Positions 12,013-24,789 of a stretch of 64,000 nt of DNA are shown here, piece by piece. The DNA lies in contig NC_086108.1 of NCBI RefSeq assembly GCF_963921235.1, forward strand, positions 88,972,001 to 89,036,000. The letters run 5' to 3'. The position numbers and the translations under genes are program-made. Each line of letters opens with the position of its first letter. Positions within the stretch are counted from its first letter, which is position 1. A model generated the notes under the pieces. The model ran no database searches. It saw only the letters and a list, made by a program, of their open reading frames with translations, and was not told the DNA's origin. The stretch is from Mobula hypostoma. Lineage: Eukaryota.

Positions 12013-15000
12013 CTATGTACCAATGACATGGATAGGACAAAGGAGGAGGTCCTGAAGAGAGATTTCTAGGAGTTAGGAAGGAAGCTGAGAAGCAGGACCT
12101 CCAGGGCAGTAATCTCGGGATTGCTACCTGTGCCACGTGCTAGCGAGGGCAAGAATGGTAGGATCAGGCAGATGAATGCGTGGCTGAGAGACTGGTGCAG
12201 GGGGCAGGGCTTCAGATTCTTGGATAATTGGGATCTCTTCTGGGGGAAGTATGACCTGTTCAAAAAGGACAGGTTACACCTGAACCCGAAGGGAACCAAT
12301 GTCCTGGTGGGAAAGTTTAATAGAGCTGTTAAGGAGGGTTTAAACTAATCCGGCAGGGGGATGGGAACCGGAATGACAGAGCGGAGGAAGGGGAAAACAG
12401 AAATAAATCTAAGATAGTGAGCAGTAAAGATGTCAGGAAAGACAGGCAGGTGATGGGGCAAATTTGTAGCCATTGGGATGACTTGCAGTGCAATAAAGTT
12501 GCAGTGAAATCAAAGTGAAAAGTACCAAATACTGGTCTTAAGGTGTTATACTTAAATGCACGCAGCATAAGGAAAAAGGTGGATGATCTTGTCGTACAGC
12601 TACAGATTGGCAGGTATGATATTGTGGCCATCACTGAGATGTGGCTAAAGGATGCATGTCTCTGGGAGCTGAATGTCCAAGGATACATGGTGTATCGGAA
12701 GAATAGGAAGGTAGGCAGAGGGGGAGGCGTGGCTTTATTGGTCAGAAATGATATTAAATCATTAGAAAGAGGTGATATAGGATCGGAAGGTGCAGAATCT
12801 TTATGGGTTGAGCTAAGAAATCGCAGGGATAAAAGGACCCTGATGGCAGTTATTTATAGGCCTCCAAACAGCTGCAGTGATGTGGACTACAAATTACAAC
12901 AGGAAATAGAAAAGGCTTGTCAGAAGGGCAGTGTTATGATAATTGTGGGGGATTTTAACATGTGAGTGGATTGGGAAAATCAGGTCAGCACTGGATCTCA
13001 AGAGAGAGAATTTGTAGAATGTCTGCGAGATGGCTTTTTAGAACAGCTTGTTGTTGAGCCCACTAGGGGATCGGCTGTACTGGATTGGGTATTGTGTAAT
13101 GAACAGAAGGTGATTAGAGAGATTGATGTGAAGGAGCCCTTAGGAGGCAGTGATCATAACATGATTGAGTTCACTGTGAAATTTGAAAAAGAGAAGCTGA
13201 AATCTGATGTGTCGGTATTTCAGTGGAGTAAAGGAAATTACAGTGGCATGAGAGAGGAACTGGCCAAAATTGACTGGAAAGGGACACTGGCGGGAAAGAT
13301 GGCAGAGCAGCAGTGGCTGGAGTTTATGCGAGAAGTGAGGAAGGTGCAAGACAGGTATATTCCAAAAAAGAAGAAATTTTCGAATGGAGAAAGGATGCAA
13401 CCGTGGTTGACAAGAGAAGTCAAAGCCAAAGTTAAAGCAAAGGAGAGGGCGTAGAAGGAAGCAAAAATTAGTGGGAAGACAGAGGATTGGGAAGTTTTTA
13501 AAAGCTTACAAAAGGAAACTAAGAAGGTCATTAAGAGGGAAAAGATTAACTATGAAAGGAAGCCAGCAAATAATATCAAAGAGGATACTAAAAGCTTTTT
13601 CAAGTATATAAAGGGTAAAAGACAGGTGAGAGTAGATATAGGACAGATAGAAAATGATGCTGGAGAAATTGTAATGGGAGATAAGGAGATGGCAGAGGAA
13701 CTGAATGAGTATTTTGCATCAGTCTTCACTGAGGAAGACATCAACAGTATACCGGACACTCAAGGGTGGCAGGGAAGAGAAGTGTGCGCAACCACAATTA
13801 CGACAGAGAAAGTACTCAGGAAGCTGAATAGTCTAACGGTAGATAAATCTCCCGGACCAGATGGAATGCACCCTCGTGTTCTGAAGGAAGTAGCTGTGGA
13901 GATTGTAGAGGCATTAGCGATGATCTTTCAAGAGTCGATAGATTCTGGCATGGTTCCGGAAGACTGGAAGATTGCAAATGTCACTCTGCTATTTAAGAAG
14001 GAGGCAAGGAAGCAAAAAGGAAATTATAGACCTGTTAGCTTGACACTGGTGGTTGGGAAGTTGTTGGAGTCAATTGTCAAGGATGAGGTTACGGAGTACC
14101 TGGAGGCATATGACAAGATAGGCAGAACTCAGCATGGATTCCTTAAAGGAAAATCCTGCCTGACAAACCTATTACAATTTTTGGAGGAAATTACAAGTAG
14201 GCTAGACAAGGGAGATGCAGTGGATGTTGTATATTTGGATTTTCAGAAGGCCTTTGACAAGGTGCCTCACATGAGGCTACTTAACAAGATAAGAGCCCAT
14301 GGAATTACGGGAAAGTTACATATGTGGATAGAGCATTGGCTGGTTGGCAGGAAACAGAGAGTGGGAATAAAGGGATCCTATTCTGGTTGGCTGCCGGTTA
14401 CCAGTGGTGTTCCACAGGGGTCCATTTTGGGGCTGCTTCTTTTTACATTGTACATCAACGATTTGGATTATGGAATAGATGGATTTGTGGCTAAGTTTGC
14501 TGATGATACGAAGATGGGTGGAGGGGCCAGTAGTGCTGAGGAAACGGAGAGTCTGCAGAGAGACTTGGATAGATTGGAAGGATGGGCAAAGAAGTGGCAA
14601 ATGAAATACAATGTTGGAAAGTGTATGGTTATGCACTTTGGCAGAAGAAATAAATGGGCAGACTATTATTTAAATGCAAAAGAATTCAAAGTTCTGAGAT
14701 GCAATGGGACTTGAGAGTCATAGTACAGGATACCCTTAAGGTTAACCTCCAGGTTGAGTCGGTAGTGAAGAAAGCGAATGCAATGTTGGCATTCATTTCT
14801 AAAGTATAGGAGCAGGGATGTGATGTTGATGCTCTATAAGGCGCTGGTGAGATCTCACTTGGAGTACTGTGGGCAGTTTTGGTATCCTTATTTAAGAAAG
14901 GATGTGCTGACGTTGGAGAGGGTACAGAGAAGATTCACTAGAATGATTCTGGGAGTGAGAGGGTTAACATATGTGGAACGTTTGTCCACTCTTGCACTGT

Positions 15001-15689
15001 ATTCCTTGGAGTTTAGAAGAATGAGGGGAGACCTCATAGAAACATTTCAAATGTTGAAAGGCATGGACAGAGTGGATGTGGCAAAGTTGTTTCCCATGAT
15101 GGGGGAGTCTAGTATGAGAGGGCGTGACTTAAGAATTGAAGGGCGCCCATTCAGAACAGAAATGCGAAGAAATTTTTTTAGCCAGAGGGTGGTGAATCTA
15201 TGGAATTTGTTGCCACGGGCGGCAGTGGAAGCCAAGTCATTGGGTGTATTTAAGGCAGAGATTGATAGGTATCTGAGTAGTCAGGGCATCAAAGGTTATG
15301 GTGAGAAGGTGGGGGAGTGGAACTAAATGGGAGAATGGATCAGCTCATGATAAAATGGTGGAGCAGACCCAATGGGCCGAATGGCCGACTTCTGCTCCTT
15401 TGTTTTATGGACTTATGGTCAATAATGAACTGTGATGAAACTCTAACCCTGAATAAGATCAAAGAAAGTAGCGCAGTCCATTGAAAGCTTTGCCTCCTTT
15501 CAATTACATCTTTATGTGTAGGACATCAAATCTCATCCAACAATATTTGCAGTTGAAAAAATCTCTAAGAAGTGCCAGTATTTGATAAATTCAAAATTTT
15601 GCTTTCTTATATATTAAATGCTATCAGATTATCAGATTTTCACGAAGAAAGGAAGTTTAATTTGCTCCTACATTCAGAAAAAGATTATA

Positions 15690-16085
15690 AGTTAGATAAT
15701 AGATCAGCACAAAACAGGAACAGGCCCTTCAGCCCATCAAGATGATGTCAAATTAAAACCAACCAACCTATCTCTTAAGCAAGATCCATATCCCTCCATT
15801 CCCTACATGTTAATATCACTGCTTAAATGCTGTTAAACACCACTCATGCCTCCTTCCATCACCATCCTTGGCAGTGTGTTCTGGGCACCTTAGCACCCTC
15901 AAAGCAAATAAAAAGATAGTCCTGGGGCATATAAAGCTATGTCTTCTAATATTTGACATTTCTATGCTGGGAATAAGACTCTGACTGTAAGGATGCTATC
16001 AATGCTTCTCTTAATTTTATAAACCTCATTTAGGTCTTCCCCCAGCTTTCGACACTCCAGAGAAAACAATCCAAATCGGTCCATA
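15690..16085 (-). mobile_element. Old CR1 3' fragment
   Basis: acaggcccttcagccca, cactccagagaaaacaatcc and similar CR1 3' features. Confidence 0.65.
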
Positions 16086-17597
16086 TAAATGAATGGAGAA
16101 ATAAATACAACCCCTGGTGAGATCTGTGTCTGGCACTACAAACACAGTTCATTTGACATTACATTTCCTCTGTAGTAATGGGTTGATATTTCAATGCAAA
16201 TGGACTGGGAAATGCATACAAAATAAAAACCATACAGCAATATGTTATTCTTATCCTTACCACTTGGCAGTCTTAGACAGATTTATTTTTGTATTCACAA
16301 CGGAAAAGCTGGTAAACAAAACAGGCATTGATTTTACAGAAGCGTGAACTGGTCATTTTTCAGTGAGATTTATCATTTCACACTTGAAAGCAGTTAATCA
16401 TCGGGCAGAGAGGCTTAACTTCTCTAACCGCCAACTGACTTTTGTAAGTTGGTTAAGAATAGTGCACTGTCTGCTCCATGATATGATGGCACTGTCATTT
16501 CAAAGCAAGGTCCTGAAGAGCAATGCTGAAAGAAATTTGCTCTAAGCTTCCATATGAATGAATCCAGAAAAGATCTCATGGTTGCCTAACCTGATATTGG
16601 CCATTCTACATAATCTCTCAGAATCTAATTAACCCTATTGACTCAGAGAAGTAATTGAATCCCATCTCAGCCGTTTTCACAATTGTCATAGATTGCCATG
16701 TAAATAGAAATATTGTCAATTATACAACCAACTGCACATGCATAAAAATATTCACTTTTATGATCTAATCATTGTGCCATTTGGAAGTAAATGCTGAGTA
16801 AATATTATTAAATAAATTCACAATTTTTATGGGAAGCCTTTATGCTATAAAATTAATGAAGCTAATTTCATTTCTTTTCTTTATTCATTCTGTTGAAGCT
16901 TTATCACATGGATCAATTCTTAAGACAATAATATTTTAAATTCATTCTGTTCTAAAGGTCTGTGACAGTGGGTAGAGTACAAATTAGTGCAGACACAGAA
17001 ATGAAATACAGGAGCAGGGAGATTATTCTCATACTGTCAAAAATAAATGATAAGCCATTTAGTACCCTTCTGAGCAGCTCTGTAGGTGGTGTGATGACAT
17101 CAGAGATGATATAGAGATTTATCGGGTTGTTTTCTGGATTGCAGAATTTTATCTAATTGGTAAATTTAGATGGGTTAGGTGAAGAGGAAACTGAGGGGAG
17201 GTTTGGTTAGGGTCCCTAAGTGTAAGGGGCCCAGGCAGACAGTGAGTAATCACAAAAGTTAATAGAATATTATTTGTTGCAAGAGGAATTGAGTGCAAAT
17301 GTACTCAGTTAAGTATCACACCAGTGAGACTGAGTTTGATGCCCTGTGTTCAGAATGGGCCTCTTTATTTAAGGAAAAATGTCGGAACTAGTTCAAAGAA
17401 AGTGTGATTTGGGGGTAATAACTGGAATGGTTGAATTATCTTCTGAGGAAAAGTTATGGTGTTTCACACTTTATAAAATTTTTTATATTGTAAGTACATG
17501 CTGATATTTATGTATTTACGTACATTTAATTTCATCTCCAAACTTTAACCTTTAACTTTATATTTACTCCTTGTAGTTGTTGAATGGCACACCGATC

Positions 17598-18585
17598 AGT
17601 ATCAGAATCGGAATCAGGTTTAATGTTACTGGCATATGTCATGAAATCTGTTGTCTTTGCAGCAGCAGTACAGTGCAGTACATAATAATAAAACAAGTGA
17701 TGACATAGTGTTCATAGGTTCAATGTCCATTCAGAAATTGGATGGCAAAGGGGTAGAAGATATTCCTGAAACATTGAGTGTGTGCCTTCAAGCCTCGGTA
17801 CGTCCTTCCTGATGGTAGCAATGAAAAGAAAGTATGACCTGGGTGATAGGGGTTCTTAATGATGGATGCTGTATTTTTGAGGCATGGCTACTTGCGGATG
17901 TCCTGGATACTACAGAGGCTTGTGCCCATAATGGAACTGACTAAGTTTACAACTCTCTGCAGCTTACCAGATGGTGATGCAGCCACTCAGAATGCTCTCC
18001 ATGGTACATCTATAGAAATTCGTGACAAATATAGTCTTTAGTGACATACCAAATCTCCTCAAACTGCTAATGAAATATGGCCTCTGTTATGCCTTTTTTA
18101 TAGTTGCATTGCTATGTTGGGACCAGGTTAGATCCTCAGAGATCTTGACACCCAGGAACTTGAAGCTGCTCTTTCTTTCCACTTCCGATCCCTCTATGAG
18201 GACTGCTATGTGTTCCTTCATCTTACCATTTCTAGAGTCCTCAATCAGTTCTTTGGTCTTATGTTGAGTTCAAGGTTGTTGCTGTGACACCACTCAACTA
18301 GCTGACCTATCTCACTACTGTACATACTTTGAAATTCTGCCAATAGTTGCATTGTCAGCAACTATAGATGGCATTTGAGCTGTGCCTAGCCACACAGTCC
18401 TAGAGAAAGTAGAGCAGAGGGCTAAGCACACAGTATTGAGGTGGAGATGTTATTTCCAATTTGCACAGATTGTGGTCTTCAGGTTAGGAAGTCAAGGATC
18501 CAGTTGCAGAGGGAGGTACAGAGGCCCAGGTTCTGGAGCTTTTTGATCAGAACTGTAGGAATGATTGTGTTAAGTGCTAAGCCAC
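17598..18585 (-). mobile_element. Rex1/Babar LINE, degenerate, inserted in an older plus-strand CR1 remnant (~17260-17455, 18660-18890)
   Basis: (ATCAGA)n tail; homologous to 62247-63822 and 48067-49350. Confidence 0.8.
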
Positions 18586-19207
18586 AGCAAATTCCAAATG
18601 CATATAAATGTATATATCGAATAAAGTTGATCCTTGATTTAAGACAAAGATGAAGTGAAATATTTTAATTTTAGAGGGTCATAAGTCTTTGAAACTCTTC
18701 CTCAAAGAGCTTGGAAGCAATGTCTGAATAGTTTAAACTTTGATGTAAATACTTAGATACTTGTTAAGCAAGGGTGTGAAAATTAGCACAGGTAGATGGG
18801 AATCAAAATTTAGATTACATTTAAATAAGCCATGATCCTATAAAGAGGCAGAGAAGGCTGAGTGGCCTAATCCCATTCCTAATTATGTCTGTTCAGCTGT
18901 ATAACGTAATTAAAGTTGAGTTGATTTTCAGAAGACTTGGTGGGGGGGGAAACTTGAAAAATATTGCCACTCAGAGGATGATGGGAGTTTATAATGTATA
19001 AGTTACAAAGAAGGCAGAAAAGCTCGTCATATTTAAAAATCACCCGGTGAAACACAAAACCCTAAAGGAGTATGGACCACAAACAGGAAAGTGAAATTAG
19101 GCTGGAAATCTTTTCAGCTGGGATGGTTATAATAAACCAATTATCCACCTTTTCTGTTATAATCATTTATGATTCTACTCCAAAAGAATAGGAATGTCTA
19201 TATTTTT

Positions 19208-21022
19208 GACCATAAGACCATAAGACAAAGGTGCAGAAGTTGGCCATTCGGCCCATCGAGTCTGCTCCTCCATTTTATCATGAGCTGATCCATTCTCACA
19301 TTTAGTCCCACTCCCCCACCTTCTCACCATAACCTTTGATGCTCTGGCTACTCAAATACATTTCAATCTCTGCCTTAAATACACCCAATGGCTTGGCCTC
19401 CACTGCCACCCGTGGCAACAAATTCCATAGATTCACCACCCTCTGGCTAAAAAAATTTCTTCACATCTCTGTTCTGAATGGGCACCCTTCAATCCTTAAG
19501 TCATGCCCTCTCGTACTAGACTCCCTCATCATGGGAAACAACTTTGCCACATTCACTCTGTCCATGCCTTTCAACATTCGAAATGTTTCTATGAGGTCCC
19601 CCCTCATTCTTCTAAACTCCAAGGAATACAGTCCAAGAGTGGACAAACGTTCCTCACATGTTAACCCTCTCATTCCCAGAATCATTATAGTGAATCTCCT
19701 CTGTACCCTCTCCAAAGTCAGCTCATCCCTTCTTAAATAAGGAGACCAAAAATGCCCACAGTACTCCAAGTAAGGTCTCACCAGCGCCTTATAGAGCCTC
19801 AACATCACATCCCTGCTCCTATACTCTATTCCTCTAGAAATGAATACCAACATTGCATTCGCCTTCTTCACTACCGACTCAACCTGGAGGTTAACCTTAA
19901 GGGTATCCTGCACAAGGACTCCCAAGTCCTGTTGCATCTCAGAACTTTGAATTCTCTTCCCATTGAAATAATAGTCTGCCCGTTTATTTCTTCTGCCAAA
20001 GTGCATAACCATACACTTTCCAACATTGTATTTCATTTGCCACTTCTTTACCCATTCTTCCAATCTATCCAAGTCTCTCTGCAGACTCTCTGTTTCCTTA
20101 GCACTACCAGCCCCTCCACCTATCTTTGTATCATCAGCAAACTTAGCCACAAAGCCATCTATTCCATAATCCAAATCGTTGATGTACAACGTAAAAAGAA
20201 GCGGCCCCAACATGGACCCCTGTGGAACACCTTATCCACATATGTAACTTTCCACCAATGCTCTATCCACATATGTAACTTTCCCGTAATTTCACGGGCT
20301 CTTATCTTGTTAAGTAGCCTCATGTGTGGCACCTTGTCAAAGGTCTTCTGAAAATCCAAATATACAACATCCATCACATCTCCCTTGTCTAGCCTACTTG
20401 TAATTTCCTCAAAAAATTGTAATAGGTTTGTCAGGCAGGATTTTCTTTTAAGGAAACCATGCTGAGTTCTGCCTACCTTGTCACATGCCTCCAGGTACTC
20501 CGTAACCTCATCCTTGACAATCGACTCCAACAACTTCCCAACCACCAATGTCAAGCTAACAGGTCTATAATTTCCTTTTTGCTTCCTTGCCCCCTTGTTA
20601 AATAGCGGAGTGACATCTGCAATCTTCCAGTCCTTTGGGACCATGCCAGAATCTATTGACTTTTGAAAGATCATCACTAATGCCTCCGCAACCTCCACAG
20701 CTACTTCCTTCAGAACACGCGGGTGTATTCCATCTGGTCCGGGAGATTTATCTACCTTTAGACTATTCAGCTTCCTGAGTACTTTCTCTGTCGTAATTCT
20801 GACTGCGCACACTTCTCTTCCCTGCCACCCTTGAGTGTCCGGTATACTGCTGATGTCTTCCTCAGTGAAGACTGATGCAAAATACTCGTTCAGTTCCTCC
20901 GCCATCTCCTTATCTCCCATTACAATTTTCCAGCATCATTTTCTATCGGTCCTATATCGACTCTCACCTGTCTTTTACTCTTTATATACTTGAAAAAGCT
21001 TTTAGTATCCTCTTTGATATTA
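19208..21022 (-). mobile_element. CR1 LINE, 5'-truncated, same subfamily as 11678-15420
   Basis: ORFs 20159..20920 and 19461..20213 are near-identical to the 13626..15326 products; (GACCATAA)n tail. Confidence 0.96.
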
Positions 21023-21849
21023 ATTTTGCATTTGTCTCTTCATATATACCAGCATATGCTTAAACTACACTTCATCTTGTAACTGATTTTGAAAAAAAAT
21101 CAAGTCAGCCGTTTAAATAACACCATGACCTTTTAAAATGATTTCAAATTCAAGCTCTTGCTTTATCCATACAAAGTAAAAATGAAGATACTTTTAAAAT
21201 CTAGTCCCCTCATTTAATATTCTGGCCATTGTAAGTAGATGGTACTTAAAAAGAATTATTTTATCATGATTCCATGTGATTGATCCTTGCTATAATTAAC
21301 CACTTGGACTACAATGCAGCTGCTTCAAAAATAAAAAAAAAACATTTTTTTGTGTCTGACATTCTGTGTGCATATATTAATGTGTTTCATTGTAGTGGGC
21401 TTTGCCATGACTGGAGAGGGGTAAGTGCCTGGAACAGGCTGCCGGGATAGTGGTAGTAGCAAATATGATGATAGCTTTGTTCTGCTGACATAATAACTAA
21501 GTTATTGAGCTGGCTGGCAATGTTCTGGGCCATAGATCCAGAGAAACAAGTTTTATTCCACTATGGCATCTTCTTAAGGAGGTCTTTTAAAAAGCACATT
21601 TTTATAAGTGCATAGATATGAGGGTTTTAAAGGGATAAAGTGGACAAATAGGACAAGCTTGGTGGACACGTTGGTCTGGATGGATGAGCTGGGCTGGAGG
21701 GCCTGTTTCCGTGCTTTATTACTTCATAGCTCTATTTGGGGAATTTAAACCTAAATAATGTCCTTTAGGGCGGAAGGCTCTCATCCTTACCAATTTGGTC
21801 TACATTTAACTCCCAAATCGAAGCAATGTGGTTGGGCCTCAAACAAAGC

Positions 21850-23005
21850 CCTTTGGATTAGACATTGGCTTTGTGGGAGACGCCAGGGAGTGGTGGTAGA
21901 TGGTTGCCACTCTGAATGGAGGCCTGTGACTAGTGGAGTGCTGCAAGGATTGATAAAAATTATCTGGATCAGATCTGGATTATGTGGTTAACTGGATCAG
22001 CAAACTTGTGGATGAAGGTTGAAAGTGTAGTTGACAGTGAGGAAGACTATTAGAGCTTTCATGGGGTTCTGGACCAGCTGGAAAAATAGGCTGAAAATGG
22101 CATTTGGAACTTAATGCAGCTGTAAGGGAGTTTCGATTTTTATGTTACTGCGGAGGCTAATTAAAATGGCGTCTTTGTTATGTTAATCTGGGGAATGCGG
22201 CTTTGTTGTGTTAAACGCTGAGAAAGTTTGCGCTAGCAGCTTGTTGTGGTTTAGAGGGTGATAAGAAATATGTTATTAACCAATTGGGATAGTTGTTATG
22301 GTTTTGGTGTATTTGAAGATACTGTATGCGCGGGGTTTTGGGGCAGAAGGCGGGAGAGCGAGACAGAGGATGGACGAGGTGCTGTGAGTCCGCTAACGGG
22401 GTCGGACGTTCGGCGAGGAGATGGAGATGGAGATGGACTCATGCGGAGCGTCTGGTCGACCACCGTTGTTGGTCCCAGGCGGCCGGTCGAGGTGGTCCGA
22501 GGGGGTCGCAGGGTGAAGAAGAAGGTCCTGGGACTGGTGAAGAAGATGTTGCTGGGACTGGAAGACCTGACTTATAAAGAAAGATTGAATAGGTCAGGAC
22601 TTCATTCCTTGGAATGTAGAAGATTGAGGAGAGATTTGATAGAGGTATATAAAATTATGAGGGGTATAGATAGGATAAATGCAAGCTGGCTTTTTCTGCT
22701 GAAGGTGGATGAGACTACAATTGGAGGTTATTTGTTAAGGTGAAATGTTTAAGGGGAACATAAGAGTAACTTCTTCACTCTGAGGGTTGTAACAGTGAGA
22801 AATAAGCTGCAAGTGGAATTGCTGGATGCAACTGCAATTTCAACATCTAAGAGAAGTTTAGATAGGTACTTGGATGGGAGGGACATGGAGGTCTATTGTC
22901 AGGGTGCAGGCCAATGGGACTAGGCAATTTAAGTGGTTCAGCATGGTCTAAGTGGGGCCAAAGGCCTGTTTCTACGCTGTACTTTCCTACGAATCCATGA
23001 CTCTA
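21850..23005 (+). mobile_element. Older CR1 fragment interrupted by an LTR-like piece and a deletion
   Basis: WIRHWLCGRRQGVVVDG..SEWRPVTSGV on the left, MLLGLEDLTYKERLNR.GL.SLE.RRLR.DLIEVYKIM on the right, and a 3' tail near 23000. Confidence 0.85.
22121..22530 (+). mobile_element. Probable LTR fragment (LTR-retrotransposon), 3'-truncated
   Basis: Abrupt start TGTAAG inside a CR1 ORF, CpG-rich, YY1-like AAAATGGCG and CCAAT; no matching terminal CA or TSD seen. Confidence 0.5.
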
Positions 23006-23379
23006 TAAATGGTACTGTGTTGTTTATGGCAGTAAGGATACATGAAGATTAACTAGTATAATCACAGGAGTAAGTGGCCTTTTTCAAGGCTCAGTTTTAC
23101 TTCCTCAGAAGCTGTGGTGCAGCATTGCTTACTGAGGCAGAGTTATATTATACTGACTGTTTTTTGTTCCAACATTAGTTACGTTGAGACAGTTTTTATT
23201 AGTTCTTTCAGTTATGGTTGGATATGTAGGAAGGGTAGAACATAATTTTGCTGCAAATGACATCATGGGGGAGAAGAGAGAACCCACTCTCCCCATGTCT
23301 GTGTCTGCTGGGAGATACGTTGATTAAAAACCTTGCTGGCTGCAGCCAAACCGGCAGGTAAGATATTTGTCCTAGAATG

Positions 23380-23775
23380 ATAGAGAGATACAGCACAGAA
23401 ATAGGCCCTTTAGCCTATCGGGTCGCAACTGGTTATCAACTGCACATTTATCCAAATCCGAAACTGAATCCACTTTGCTTTATTCATTCTCCCCTCTCCT
23501 TCCCCATCAGCTTACCTACCCCACCGCCCCACACCATCCCTGCCAAGTTCAACTGCTCATCTACACACTATGGGAATTTACACTGGCCAATTAACCTAAC
23601 AACCCACAACCCATAGCTTTTGGGACATGGGAGGAAACCAGAAGGCCAGAAGGAAAATGGAGCATCTTGCAATCGTTGGCAGAATGTGCAAACTCCACAC
23701 AGAGAGCATCCTAGGTCAGAGTTCAGGTTGGGTGCTGTGAGGCACTGACTTTACCATCCATGATACAGCATTGCT
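23380..23775 (-). mobile_element. V-SINE (HE1-like) with CR1-type 3' tail
   Basis: V-domain-like sequence on the minus strand (TGTGTGGAGTTTGCACATTCT...GGTTTCCTCCCA) and a tail resembling the CR1 3' end. Confidence 0.7.
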
Positions 23776-24625
23776 TTGCCCAGCTATGCTACTTTGACTA
23801 GTGAACTGGCTGAACAGAAGGCGAGCCTCACTCCCTCATCCTTTGGTCTAGTGCTTCAGCAATCAGTGTCCTAAGGAAATTGTTATAGGCTTTCTACAGT
23901 GAACATCTCCTGCAATCTTTAAGTAAAGTGCACAGGATTCAGAATCACAAATGGACAAAGAAGCAAACTGCTCCAGGAATTGAAAGAGTTGCTGCTACGT
24001 TCAAAAGCCCTTACTTGTAATTAATCTGATGTTGAAGTTTTCTGATGGCATTTGTGTAGTGTGGTCACAATGTATGCAGAACAGAGATATGTATTAGATT
24101 AGGCTCGCTTTTCAAATTACAAGGAAACTCTCACAATTTGGCAATGTATTTTTTTATAATCATTCACACAGTTACAGAGTTCCATAGTAATTGTACGGCA
24201 GGAACTTGTCAACTTCACAAGCCTCTGCATGTATTTTTTTTTGCTGAATCAAATAGTGATGTCTCTAATAGTCTCTCTAGAGTGCAAACATAGGTATTAA
24301 CATTGGCAACATACAATACATTCTGGAGTACAAAAGTGAACACCCCAATCAGAATATGAATGTTCTACATTCGCTGCTGGTTGGTAGCACCTCCATTAAT
24401 ATTGGGGAACAAGTATACAAAGATAACATACAAATAACTACCCCGCTTATTACCTGGATATGATATGATGCTATCTTCACACAGATAAACAAATCACATT
24501 TAGCATTGAAGGCAACCAGAATGTGAAGATGACACAATCGCCACATCTCAAAAAAGGTACAAATAAAGCACCCAGAATGATGCTGATTTTCAGGGATCCA
24601 GGGTGGAGGAACACTTACTGTAAAG

Positions 24626-24704
24626 CAGAGGTTCCAAACCCTTTTTATCGCATGGACCAATACCATTAAGCAAAGGGTCCGCGGACCCCGGTCGGGAACT
24701 CCTG
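24626..24704. mobile_element. hAT (Charlie-like) mini-MITE, 79 bp
   Basis: TIRs CAGAGGTTCCAAACC / GGTCGGGAACTCCTG; 8-bp flanks CTGTAAAG / CTCTGAAG (6/8 match). Confidence 0.75.
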
Positions 24705-24789
24705 CTCTGAAGCGCTTGCATGAAGGACACAGGTAATTCTCACAGCAAGTAAGTTGCTAGGATTTTTGATACCGAAAATACGGAATATG

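Larger units (their letters stand above)
11678..15420 (+). mobile_element. Long CR1 LINE: 5' monomers, partial ORF1 (SGNH esterase-like) and complete-length but disrupted ORF2 (APE + RT)
   Basis: ORF1 fragment ~12017-12348 (TND...LPVPR...NAWLRDWC...DRLHLN). ORF2 motifs YLNARSI, AITEMWL, GGGVALLV, YRPP, GDFN, SDHNMI, KSPGPDG, GVPQGS, FADDTK. Stops at 12963 and 13452, frameshifts near 14675 and 14800, and a (TTATGG/TC) tail to 15420. Confidence 0.96.
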
